Below are positions 39,979 to 52,848 of a stretch of 64,000 bases of DNA, one piece after another. The notes under the pieces are model-generated. The model saw nothing but the letters and a program-made list of their open reading frames with translations, made no database searches and was not told where the DNA came from. The stretch lies in NCBI GenBank assembly GCA_965644295.1, contig CBFFRP010000212.1:51509-115508 (forward strand), in the 5' to 3' direction. This DNA comes from Paraphysomonas bandaiensis. Its lineage: Eukaryota > Protista > Chrysophyceae. The stretch's first letter is position 1; every line of letters starts with the position of its first letter. The position numbers and the translations under genes were made by a program.

Positions 39979-42961
39979 TTACAGGAAGAACATTGACGAC
40001 GGTACACCACCGCGCTGAGACCAGGTCTTCGATATTTCTCTCAGCTCCTGTGACGACACTCCAGACGTATAGAGTTTCCTGGCGCGGGTAGCAGCCAAGT
40101 GTGCATAAGCAGCGGGAGTCGCCTTTGACATAGATTTATTGCATCTGGAGTATAAGTAACAGTTCCAATATGTAAAAATTGCCAGCTGCTCATTGGATAT
40201 ACCAATATCGTCGTATATAACTGAGTACCGCGCCATTTTAGCAGTTCCTTGTATGGCGACGTGAGACTGTATGTAGAATTCGTTCAGCGAGTTCATAGTA
40301 ATTCCACTTTCGTCACCAACACAAACACCAGGGCAGCAGTTGATGTAGCTGTTGTTGCCTTCATCAAAAGCAAACCTGCTACTGTGACCTTTGGAACATA
40401 TCACAAAGGTCAACTTGGTATCAAGACACCCCATACACTCCATCGCTTGTTGGATGGCCGGGACTTCAAGGAATCGCACTCGTTGAAATTGGCCATGAGA
40501 CACACCATCTCTAAAAACAAACAGATATATCAGTAAAAGCGGATAGTTCACTATCTCATAGATGGAGCACACCTGTATACAATAACTCTCTTGGGCATTT
40601 GGTTACCATTTTGCTTCTTGAAGGCCTCGAAAAGCTCAACCATTAGATCCTCCAGTTGTGTTACCTCCTCCTCCCGCGAAGCTTGTGCAGATATGCTAGC
40701 TGCATATTGCGTAGTCTCGCGATTGATAGACCCCACTACAGCAGCGATGGACTCCGACTTGCTGCCAGGTTCAGCGTGACTGACATCTATCCCAACCAGC
40801 ATACACAGTTCGTCGAACACCCATCCCGGAGGATGCTCTGGAACACTGCGTTCTCCACCAGGTCTTCGTAGAATGTGGTTGACTCCACCCAACTTTGTAT
40901 TTATCTTCAATACCAGATTGTCCATTATGCCCTTCGGCTTCCTCTTCACTGTGTCCCACAATACACATTGAGTTACTAATGGTATGGTATCGGCCAACTG
41001 TTTCACTAGCCCATAAAGACGTTTGTCACCCAGCAGTACAATCGCAATGGCACCACCGTGTTTTCGCATATCGAGAAGATTATTTAGTATGTTGTCTTCA
41101 ACGTCGTTGCTCGTCAAAATTGGCCCTCCAGGTTTCAAAGGCATGCCCATTTCGTCCATTGACATCTGTAGCTGCCTCTCAAAGTCCTCACATATTCTTT
41201 TATTTTCCATAGCAGTATTGATTATGGCTAGGATTCCGTACATGATTTTGTCCGAACGCCCATCAGTCGGGCGCGCTGGGCTAACGAAGCCAGTCTTAGG
41301 CGAGAACCATTGTCCTTTCAACTCTGGTTCCACAACTGTATCACGGTATTGCAGTACAGCATTGGGTAAAATAGTGGCAGGAACCGATAGCGGCTCGGAT
41401 GAGACACCGGTAAATCCGAATTGATTAGCAACAGGATCCCGCTGGAGTACACTGATAAGACCTACACCCTCATCATCCCCAGAAATGATGTGCTGAAACC
41501 GGTCCCGTGGACGAGCCGCCGCCGTACGGATAACCTCTGCAGTCATTTTTTCCGTGTATGCCTTCAAGCGTACGCTCTGGCCTTGAGCTACGTCCACAAG
41601 TTCAAGTGGAACCCAGACTGGCCTTTTTCTGGAGGTTACATTGATTGTAGGAAGGTAAGGATGTTTAAGACGTGAGTAAGCCGATGACTGCTCAGACATA
41701 ATGTCAAAGTATTCCGCTACTGTAACATAATTCCCTTCGAATTCAAACTTCGATTCCGGGCTATTAGCAGGAGGACCCAAGCCTTTGAACTTCCGATTAT
41801 GCCGCAAATGAGTCACAAGTATCTTTGCTCCCTTCATGACGTTTTCGATATTCTCGATCTGTCTGCGCTGAAGGCCACGCTGTGAGCACTGGCGGATGAA
41901 GTCCTCCGGACGACGACACTCTGCTGCTAGACTGATTACGCCCAGAGCTGGCCCGCCACTCAGAAAGCATGACACGGCCATGTCACTTACAAGCATAAGG
42001 CCTGCCATGCAAGCCTTGAGCGATGAGTGGTAACCTCTTTTTATGTAGTAAGGGGTCCCATCTACGAACTGGCTAGCCTGTGCCCGATAAGCATTGGACT
42101 GCACTACGAACCACTCCGGAGGATCGGCGTACTGTCCCGATCTGGCAAATGAAAGCGCAACCAAATCGAGTGCACGCAGGCAAGCTTCAGAAGATTCTGG
42201 CCGAGTTACATCATGTTTGGATAATACAGTTGCTGCAGTAAGCTTGACCATATAATTTCGAGAGGAGGTCACACCGACCACTTTTACCTCTTCTACTAAC
42301 TCTGGTACAGGAACAGTACCATCTTCTTCATCAGGGTTAGCTTCGGGAAGAGGTAGTGGAGCGGAAGTGAACACAGTGGAGCGGCTGTCGTAAGTCCATC
42401 CTATGGACTTCCAATCTGGATGGTTATCGCGGAGAATAGAGACAATAGAGTTGGTTACTCTATAGTCCTCCACAGGGGCGATATCAGACGACATGTCAAA
42501 TGACCCATCGCTCTGTCGACGGTATATCTTCAGATGATACTGATATATCGTATCAACCAACTTTGACACATCGACGGGGAAGTGGTTCGTGACGACCCGT
42601 AAACGACTCGTCGACGTCGACTGGCACCGCCATTCGGAGCGAGGAGGAAATGACGATAAGTCCTCCTCACAGCGCCCTTTGGGGGGTTGAAGGATGCACC
42701 GCCAATCAGATGATCGTGCCATGCTCTTTATGTGTCCGATATCCCCCATCTTAGTCTCTCTTCCCCCTCCTCTGCCCCCTCTGCCTCCTCTGCCCCCTCC
42801 ATCTCGACCGCGGTCTCCTCTATCACCACCACGTCTATCATCTCTCCCTCTGTCTCTGTAGTAGTCTCTGTCTCTGTCATCTGTCACATCAACACAGAGA
42901 CTCTTGTTGGATCATGTCATATCTATAGTCATACAGACATACCGTATCGTCGTCCAGACAT
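39979..42961 (-). CDS. AGO: Argonaute (eukaryotic AGO-like: RGG N-terminus, N, PAZ, MID, PIWI), 3 exons
   Basis: Exon 1 MSGRRY (ATG 42961) with an intron to 42881. Motifs VTNHF, YDSRS, PLELV, LKINTKLGGVN, GIDVSH, IVYR/DGVS (intron ~40511-40571), QSHVAIQGT, PAAYAHLAA, and C-terminal MFFL. Confidence 0.96.
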
Positions 42962-44435
42962 ATCACAGATCAGTGTGAATCAAATGATATGATCGAAAGG
43001 ATCGGAATGGGCTCTATATAAGTGTGTATGTCTGGTCACTCGCTCTATCTTCTTATGGAAGGAGCGAAGGGTTGGTTCGTGAGTGTAGCATACACATATG
43101 CCACATACATACACTGGACTGGACCTGTATACGTATACCGGTATACCACTCCAGTCCGGATCCTGCACTCCCTGCTACACACATATCCTTGCCTTATACA
43201 GCCGTGTACAGTCGGTATACAGTGTATGGATCTCTGGATCCAGATTGCATAGAGTCCAGTCCGAACCGTACACCAAATGCCTAACTATTATACCGTATAA
43301 TACAACGTAGTCAATGCGTATCACTTGTTGGAAGTACAGGATCTCTTGATTGTATAGCAGCGCATTCCAGCCGTAGAGATCACATGGTTGTGTGCAACTT
43401 CTGTGTTCCGTGGAGACCTGGATGTGGAGGTGGGGCAACTCTAATTCTGCTGTGCATGTAGTGGAGCATGAAGATACTGCACCTTTCCTCAATCTTGTTG
43501 TACTATGTAGTCAGTCATCACATCATCACTATGGAATAATGCACCAATCAAAATCAATTAAAACGGAATGGTTGGTTTCCCCACTCAACCCCTTTGAATC
43601 ATAAATTACCCAATCATAAGAACGTAAACAACATTTATTGGACATAAAGAGTTTGTATGACAACAGGTGATCAGATCATGTAGAGTGTATTGTACCCACT
43701 TATACCTGCACTCATCACATATCCACATGGATATGAGGGCCTTCACAGGGACACCTCTCAGACTGGACGAAGTGTCAAGTCATATGTGATGATCCGCAAC
43801 TGGAATATGGATCCATTAATCCGACTCGTCTGTGCACCGTTACTGATACTCGTCTCTGTTCTTATCGTTCAGACGTGTCGCTCGGTGTGCATATGTATGT
43901 ATGCATATACGCTAACATGAAAAAATATTTCGCTCTTGTAAGTGTTATTCCGGATATGCCTTCTGATACTACACAGTCTCCTTATCATTTCGATTGAGTT
44001 TTCAGTTCGACAGTAATTCGCTCTCAAAGGAATGCAGTGCGTCCATTGCTGTCGATTATGGTAACTAGATCTGATTTTTCTCCTTGAATTTGTGTTGATG
44101 CTCTGCAATAACTTGTTACCTCTACACTTGACGACACAGGTATGCTAGAAGTTAATTCAGTTCGATTTGTCGCTCATATGTGAAGAGATTCAAAATCTTC
44201 CGTGGGTGACTTATATCAGTATAAGAGTTCATCATTCGGAATACACTTCTATGCTACACACATTGTGCTTCTTTTTCCTTTGAATTAGTCGGCTTTATTT
44301 TCGGTTTCCGCTATTTTGCATGGTTACGACTTAGTAAGTTATCTAAGCTAGGGTTTATCAGTAAGTGCTGGACAGAGTTGCTGCTTTCTATTGATGTGTT
44401 AGGGCGCATGATTCGGCAGGGTTGGGCTCGAGTGT

Positions 44436-44806
44436 CCCACTCATAGCCAAATGCTTGCGTGGTACAAGGTACAAGGTACACTAATAAGTGTCACTTGTGT
44501 AGACGTCTTTGGACCTTGACGAATAAATAAGCATCCGGGAATCACCTCAAGGGCATCCTGGGTATTGGGCTGCCTGTTGAAATCAATCATCCGGGGAGTT
44601 TACATTAAGGACTCAAAAATCCTGAAGTCAGCAAATGTCAGGTATATATCACCATACTGCTTGCTCACTGCGTTTGCTTTGAGTGATAGAGCGAAAGTGG
44701 TGCTTGCGGTAAAGCACAAGCAGCTTTCGTAGCGTTAAATAGTAGGATATCATAGATAAGCACTGACTCTTAAACGCCCACTGCTAATAATAAGACATTC
44801 ACTACT
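44436..44806 (+). mobile_element. SINE-like family, 5'-truncated copy (D)
   Basis: Aligns with copy A from CACTCATAGCC to TAATAATAAGACATTCACTACT. GGTTGGGC occurs on both sides (44420, 44811) as a possible TSD. Confidence 0.75.
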
Positions 44807-45439
44807 GTATGGTTGGGCATAGTGATCGTTTATAACATACGTTGAGTTCTGCTATTTGAGAGAAATTGAAAGCTGTAGTTCAAAGACTTATGACTGCTAA
44901 TGGAAGAATACAGAAGTGGTTAACTGTATTATGAGAAATAATGTCATGATAGAAATCATAGTAGTTAAACTGAAATATATTGACCTTATAAGATCATGAT
45001 ATCTATGATTGCATAGAAATGATTGGTAGTTGAGATAACATGAATTTGGCGATTGACTGGTGATATTGATCATAAGTTTATATTATGTTAATATATCTTT
45101 CAAACTTATTATCTAAGCATAGAGGGAAAGCATTGTTCAGTTATGTCAATTTCCATCAACATAGACATAAACGGTATGGCTTAATATCTTATAATCTTTA
45201 ATACAGTTATAGTGAATTGAACAAGTTTGTAATCCCTATACATGTGAAAAACGACTTGGCTAAATAATGTTAGTCGCTATTCTTGATCAATAACTAAAGA
45301 TTTGCTTTCCTTACAATTTATCAAAAGTAAGTGGCCTACCGCAATGAACTCGCATATGCTGTATAAATTCTAGATATTTTATTTGTAATATTGGGAGTAC
45401 TATTAAGAATATATTCACCATGTGGACGATAAGACCACA

Positions 45440-48400
45440 CTACATCATGGAAGCTTTGAATCGAAAGAGAGTAAATGCCAGCAGTATGTACGCTGCAGTG
45501 ATAATGCAAAGCATTCCAATAGTAAAGCGTCTGTCTCCGTTCCCATTCTGCTCAAACGTCATCCCATAAGCTTTCACAATTTCTTCTCCTTCTGTATAAG
45601 GACAGGGCTCAACTTCGCAGTCAAACGTTTCTCCGTTGAACACGTAATTGGTGAGGAGGACACTGCCCCAACGCATTGGAGAAATATAGGAAATGTAGCG
45701 AAGAACGAGCGGCATATTGAGAGATATAAACCCCGCAAGCGTACAAAAGATAGCCAGTGTACAGCTCAACATATCAATTGCTACGCCAATATTTGAGAAA
45801 ATCGTGAAAGAAGCGATGCCTATCGCCTCGCCACATAGAATATAACAAATGACAGTAAGAACCATATGCCAGTACGTAACCTCAGTGTCCTGAAGTTCTA
45901 CAACATAGCATACAAGAGCAGAAATTATAAACCCAAGAATAACAACAAACGGGAGACCCTGAAGTATATACGTCACAAAAAATGCAAAGGCTGAGTATCC
46001 ACCCTGCTTGTATTCCCTGTAGAATACTTCGCGCTGATCAGGGAAGGTCGATATGCTGGTGAGAACACCCACAAACCCCAGAGCAGTGAGCTCATAGAGA
46101 CACCCGATCCTGTTCTGAATAGACTCTTGCGAGTGTTGTAGCGGTGCATAAAAGAGACACCAGATAAGTGTTAAACTAAGCGCATGCACAATTCGATCCG
46201 CACAAATACTTTTTTGTCTCAACATATTCTTGTACGCCCTTTGAACAAGAAGCGGTAAAGTGTAGACTATACTCTTGTCGTGAATCTCATCGAACTCATA
46301 CTCATCTATTCCCGTGTTCTCTCGGCGTCCGATCTTGTCGTCCACCGTCACTACTTTATTGTAAGCTTTGACGAGTCGCTTTAGGCGCCTCCGAGTCTTT
46401 TTTTCTTGTTTCTCATTTGTCAGGTCAATTGAGGACATCTCCAATATGAAGTCTGCTGGATTATAATATTTAGGGCATGGGTACCCAAGATCATTAAGAT
46501 GTTCCAACAAACGTCTTCGGCTTCCAGACCACACTACCTCCCCTTTCGATAAAAGTATAATATCATCGAACTTATCGTAAATATCATATCGCGGCTGGTG
46601 AATGGTAAGCGCTACTGCCTTGCCTTCTTCATGGGCCAGCCGTCGCAGAACCTTAATTATACGACTTGCTGTGAAAGAGTCTAAGCCAGTGGTCGGCTGT
46701 AGTATGAAAACAGAGAAAATGTGAGTGCAAAGTAAAAAAGATTGCGGTAAAAGAATACCTCGTCTAAGAGACACACCACGGGATCAAGAAGTAGCTCACA
46801 TCCAATAGAAACACGCTTTAGTTCACCTCCACTGATCCCTTTTACCCCATTTCCGCCTGTAGTGCTCATTAGATTCGTTACAGCAAATAAAACACAACGA
46901 GAGTTTTCACCTATATACGTATTTAAACACCCAACAAGGCCAAGACTATCAGCCACAGAGTAGATTATTGATTGTTTCTCTTCAAGAGAGAGACTGTTGT
47001 CCAAATGCATATGCGCATGAAAGAGAAAAGTCTCATACACAGTTAAGCTCGGCATATGGCGATCAAACTGCACAACGTAGCCAATTGTATGTCTTAACTT
47101 GCTTTTAGGTAACGAAACGCCGTTGAATGTTACAGTGCCAGTGCCATACACTCGGTCTTGAAAAAATGTCGAGAGCCAGTGAGTGAGTGAAACATCACTC
47201 TTAAAAGGCCGCCGAATCCGCTGACATATGACGTTCAACAACGATGTTTTCCCACTACCACTCCCCCCCATAATTGCAACTAGACGTCCGCTATGAATTT
47301 TACATGTCACATGCTTCAAAATATGCTGAAAAGTTATATTTCGCTTGCTCGCAGAGGGTGATCGCACTCGAGTTGCCTTGTACAGGCAAACATCGTTTAC
47401 TGATATATCCAGTTTGCTGTCATATAGAGAAAGTTGCGATGTGATGGACGATTGTGTTCCGGCTGTGTTAGCTAAAGCAGTAACGGTTGAATCCGTGAGA
47501 GACTTGGATTGTTGCTGTTCACTATATTTATTCGTTGTTGGACGAACGCATAAGAGCAGTGCAAACGCGAGTACGTAATACACAGTCACAATAGGCAGTA
47601 GATGTTTCCATTCCGTAAGGTGGGCGTCTTTTCGTATGCCAAGCAAATTCAGATAGTCGTTACCAGAATATTCAACATCGATGCAATCTGCACTGGGCTC
47701 TATCACAGTACATGATGTAAATCTTCTGTTCGACACCTCATTTGCCATCAGGATATCATAGGAGTATGTCAGAAAACTTATTGTACTAATCCATCGTACA
47801 TACAGTGGCATGGTCTGAGTATTGACAACAAATCCAGATGCCAGGGAAAAAAAGGTGAACTGCATGTTCGCTATAATTGAAGACACAGAAAACGAGCGGT
47901 GACAAGCGGTGGAGAACCATGCAATACCGAGCATTCCAAAGCTAACAGAAACATTTGCCGCAAAATATATCCAACCAGCTTCCCAATTGGTTCTAAGATT
48001 GCTACCCAGATACACAGGTAGGGAGTAGTGTAAAGTGTGTAGCACAAGGCCCGGAGAAGAAGCCAGAATCTGCGCAGTAAAAAAAGCCGAATGAGTGTAC
48101 ATGTGGTCTAGACGTTCGCGGTCAAAAAACTTCAGCTCTTCAGTGAGTTCCTTAATAAGCGCAATCATGTGAAGGTATGGCCCTAGAGAGAGAAGCACAT
48201 ACATCAAGCCTGCACGAGATGTCAGATCTTCATAGGAATCACCCAGCTGCCAGAATATTAAACTAATTATTACGCCCAACACCCCCGCCTGCACGCAGTT
48301 CCCTATAAGCTTCTTAAGATTGCGGCGACGGCTTATAAAGAACCTCGAGGTCAGCCAAAGCACCTGGTATAGCCAAGGGGCTATATCATTTGTATCGTCA

Positions 48401-50057
48401 AACATGTTGTCATGTCTACCAATAATTCGAGTGATATGTCGAGAGCTTATTCCATATGTGAGAGGGGCTGGTAGTTCTCGCTGTCTCGGTATAACAGGAG
48501 TCCCAGACAGCCTTGCAGCGCTGGCATTATTTACGTCGGAGTACTTTCGTATGAGTTTATTTATTCGAGCAGTGTCTGCGAAGGCCCCATCATCATCGGA
48601 TGATATAGACATCATGTCGATGAAGTAGTCTGCAGGGTTGCAGTGCCGCGGACAACAGTGCCCCATAGACTCGAAGTACGATATCATCTGCGAGGTCTTA
48701 CCACAATACGTTGGATGTCCCTTGCAAATCAGCAGGATAGAGTCGAACATATTAAATATATCCGCTCTTGGCTGGTGCAGAGTGCAAAGTGCAGCCTTAA
48801 GTCCTGTTGAGGTCACCACCTCCTTCAGAGTCTCCACTACATACTGGGCAGTGAATGAATCCAAGCCTGAAGTAAGCTCATCCGCACAGAGAATGTCGGG
48901 TTCAGATATAAGCTGAACTGCAATAGAGAGACGCCGTAGCTCACCCCCCGATGGTCCATTCTCTTTGGAACTGGAAGCTATCCTTAGATCTGCGCAATCT
49001 TTAAGCCCCAAATTCATAATTAATTCTTGTGTGAGCTTTTCGCACTCTGGCACCCCGCCACAGGGCAAATGGCAACGGAATGAACGCTGCGACCTCATAC
49101 GGGCTACGAACTGGATCGTCTCCCGAACGGTTAAATAAGGAAAGAAAACGTCGTCCTGAGGGATGTACCCAATAACGCATCGCGACATACCCTCAAACGA
49201 CAAGGACCCACTAAACTCCAAACGTTGTCTGTCGTACCGCCCTGCAATGGCATTTAGCAGAGTCGTCTTACCTGTGAAAACATATTAGTACTTCAGCTCA
49301 AGTAGAAAGACAGTTACAGTTTCTATACAAAATATATGAAGAGACCCGAGAGCTTACCACTGCCGCTTCCACCAAGTATCCCAAACATTGATTCACATGG
49401 CAGTGTTGTGGTGATTGGGTGCATCAGGACTTTCTTCGAGTTTTTCAGCTTAATGGAGAACTCATTGAACACAATTCTGCTATTCTTGGGACTGTCGAGG
49501 ATATCAATACCATCATCAGTCGCAAACCCGTCGTTTTGTGTCATGTCGCACAAATCCGCTTCATTGGAGTCATAAACATCGCTAGCATTAGCCAACCAGT
49601 GCTCAGAAGAACCAGTTTTCGTATGGCCGAATGAGCCAAACGACCCTAGACGATTCATTTCCACCTTGCTGTTGATCTTTGCCACACCAACTTTAGGAGG
49701 TGAATTAAACACAGAAGATCGCTGTGCATCTGAGGGAAAGTAGCTCGAGTATGTCTTCAAGTTTCTCTCTTTGCCACTTCGAGACCTGCTTCCAGATGAC
49801 TGCTTGCTCTCACGTGACAATTTACTTGAGGTGCTGAAGGAAGAGATGCTGCCTACAGATACACTCGATGCCTTCCTGGTAAACTCGTGAGTTCTTCCGA
49901 TCGCCTTGTTTTCTCTTCCACTGGCGTCATCAGGCAGCCTCGACATACTCGTAGATATCGTGCTCGTTGACTCCATCGACCGCGGCGAGATGCTACCATT
50001 GCTACTGACGCCCCCATTTGAACAGCTCTTATAAGAATGAGGGCCACTCGATTTCAT
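45440..50057 (-). CDS. Full-size ABCG transporter (NBD-TMD-NBD-TMD) with Ser-rich N-terminal extension
   Basis: Walker A GGSGSGK(T)T twice, signatures SGGELRR and GISGGELKR, DELTSGLDS and DEPTTGLDS, HQPR twice, NPADY/NPADF, and two TM domains. Confidence 0.95.
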
Positions 50058-50467
50058 ATTTGACGGACAAAAACTATGACTGATATCCAGCTAACTACAA
50101 CAGAAAACAGACCGCTTCCATCTATAGGACCCATATGAGTAATTCAATATGATGTCAATGTGTGTGGAGGTACGATGTGTATCAGTGAAAGTGTCATGTG
50201 TCAAGTATGACAAGGGCCTGTTAGTGTGACAGTTCTATGATCACCTGACATCAATGCAGACGAACTGTAGACTACATATTCGTCTCATATAGAATACCGG
50301 TATACCCTACACCACCACATCTACCGGAGTGCACAGCTCTACAGTATACCGTTTACATAAAGGAATTCCTTATCGTACCATACAGTGGCGTATAATATAC
50401 AGCAGTACGTCAGGGTTGGATATAGAGGTACGTAGGAAATCCTCCTTCAAAATTTCGTATTTGGCTA

Positions 50468-50584
50468 TGGAGGACTTCCAAAAATGCAACATCCGCACCG
50501 GATTTTTTGGGTTTTGTTCCACCCTTTGCTCCATTTTTTTGTTTTTTCGGATGTCCATGGATGTTGCATTTTTGGAAGTCCTTC
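50468..50584. mobile_element. Mariner-like MITE, ~117 bp
   Basis: Perfect 24-bp inverted repeat AGGACTTCCAAAAATGCAACATCC (50471-50494 / 50559-50582). TA at both outer ends, allowing one indel. Confidence 0.7.
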
Positions 50585-51448
50585 TATGGTACAGTGGCAT
50601 ACAGCAGATCCGTGTGTGTCCCATAGTCCAGTGATGAGCCAATAGGTTGGCAGTTTTTAAAGCATATCATTAAGGATCGACTATCGTAAAAAGATTGTAG
50701 CTTCTAATGCTACCGCTGCCTGTCCCCTCACTCTTTCTATATCGATAATATGATAATATTAGGACTCACTCATAGAAAGATGAAACTAGTCATCCGTATC
50801 GAATTGAAAACTCAACAGGGAGTGACATTGTGACAGTACCTTGTAACACCTGTGGTTATCATTGTTGTAGAATCTACACGAAGCAGTTTAATATTTTGAT
50901 ATGAGCTTCGATTCACAAGTAGAAGTTGTAATTCACTGCCTTTACAGTATAGAATTGTGTCAGCAGTTTTCGAAAACAACTTGTTATCCATATAGTATGA
51001 AGATATTTACGTACTTATGATCTCATGCTGGTATGTAAGTTAATAGGTGCTTTACATAGCTGATTGCATGTTAAATAGCAGTATTCATGCCGAAACATCC
51101 AATGTATTCGAGAAAATTAAGAAGACCGAAACCATATATTAAATAATAGTTTACTTCGAAAACAGTTTATTCCCTATCTTCCTATCATTCTTGTGATAAA
51201 TAATAGAATCTTGATATCGAAAGATTATCTATATCCAGAACATTGAGCAGGACAACTATCCATATCGACGGCACCTGACGCTAATAATACCTAGGCTGTA
51301 GCGTTGTCATAGATTGCTTCTCGGAGTACAAACGCTCAATTATTAGTCAGTACAACATAACCAGTGGATGAAGTAAATTAGGATTCTACAACAGCTAGCA
51401 TAACGTTTAGGCATTGCTCGCCCGACAAACATTTCGACTGCTACTCCT

Positions 51449-52381
51449 CTATGTCCTATTCCCTAACATAAATGAACTACATGCCCCACATTGCGGCCCC
51501 TCCTGAGGACCGCACATACACCCTGGTCCACACTGGCAATCCGGGTTGGCACAGCAGGTGGTGGGTTCTTTGCGAGGGTAGTCTACACCCTCTACTTGGT
51601 CGTAGAAATCCACATGGTCACCTGTCTTAAATAATTCTTCGACTACGATGCGCACACACTTCAACGCGCTCGTATATGGAGACACAAGCTGCCCTTTTTC
51701 GTGCATTCCGCGGCACATGGACTGTATACCACTGTCAACATCACTGCTACTGCGGATAATTTCTTGCATGGCAGTATCCAGTGGGCCAGGGGCGTAATTA
51801 AGAACGCGGACGTTAGAACTTCCCGATAGTTCGCCTGCGATAACTTCAAAATACATCTCTACAGCAGCTTTGGTCGCGCAGTATGCACCAAAGCTCGAAG
51901 CAGGTTCCACAGCCCATAGAGACGATACATTGACTAGTATTACTCTAGCCGCAGTTTCAGAAGCTTTGATGCGACGAAGAAATTCAGATACAAGAATACA
52001 TGGGGACGTAACGTTCAGTTGTATAGTTTTAGAAAAACAGTCTATGTCTAATTCAGAACCAACAGGCTGTACTGGAAGCAGGGTGCCTGCGTTGTTGATG
52101 TAAACGATTTTCGAATAGGAGAAAGATCTATCGAGAATACGAGATGCTACATCCTCCAGACCATCCCCACTTGCTAAATCAGCTACAATAACTTCACATT
52201 TGGTAGATTTTCCCGGTCTACAGCTTTCAATTTCTCTAGCAGTTTCCTCCAAAGCAGATGCAGATCTCCCAACCAAAACACAATCCAATGAACAGAGAAG
52301 TGTTTCAGCGAAGGCAACACATAGTGCCTTTCCGAATCCCCTAGAGGCACCAGTAACTATCAAGAGATAACTGCAGACCAT
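51449..52381 (-). CDS. SPR: Sepiapterin reductase-like SDR with a Cys-rich C-terminal tail
   Basis: TGASRGFG, NNAG, NVSS, YCATK, LNYAPGPLDTAMQ and GDHVDFYD. Intronless. Confidence 0.88.
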   Translation of the reverse strand: MVCSYLLIVTGASRGFGKALCVAFAETLLCSLDCVLVGRSASALEETAREIESCRPGKSTKCEVIVADLASGDGLEDVASRILDRSFSYSKIVYINNAGTLLPVQPVGSELDIDCFSKTIQLNVTSPCILVSEFLRRIKASETAARVILVNVSSLWAVEPASSFGAYCATKAAVEMYFEVIAGELSGSSNVRVLNYAPGPLDTAMQEIIRSSSDVDSGIQSMCRGMHEKGQLVSPYTSALKCVRIVVEELFKTGDHVDFYDQVEGVDYPRKEPTTCCANPDCQCGPGCMCGPQEGPQCGACSSFMLGNRT

Positions 52382-52848
52382 TCCTCTATATAATAATGAG
52401 TACTTCAAGACTTCAAGCCTAGTGTTGCCTTAGTTTGTTCTGTTGTTGTAAAATTATTGGAATTGCTCCCCATCCACCTCGAGACCTTCATTCCTGTTCT
52501 GTCTGTGGGGGAAGTTGTCAATCTAGCAAAAAAATCGTAAAGCAGGATGCGTATTTGGGTTTTAGACTTGAGGGACTTTGAAATACTGTACCATGGGTTT
52601 TAATATCAAAGTTGACATATTTTTGCCATGGATTTTCTAATATTTCAATTTCAAAAATTTCTAATATCTCAGAATAGGCTTTTTTGAGATTTTGGGATTT
52701 TAGGCCATTAAAAATGGCCAAATCACATATTGAAAAAGAAAACTACTGACCACTTTCACTCTTCGAATGAATACGAATGAAAGTATAATACAGTCAGCGG
52801 ATTGGAGTTTATGATTTCCTTCAACAACTTCTTCCACTTCCATGTGAT

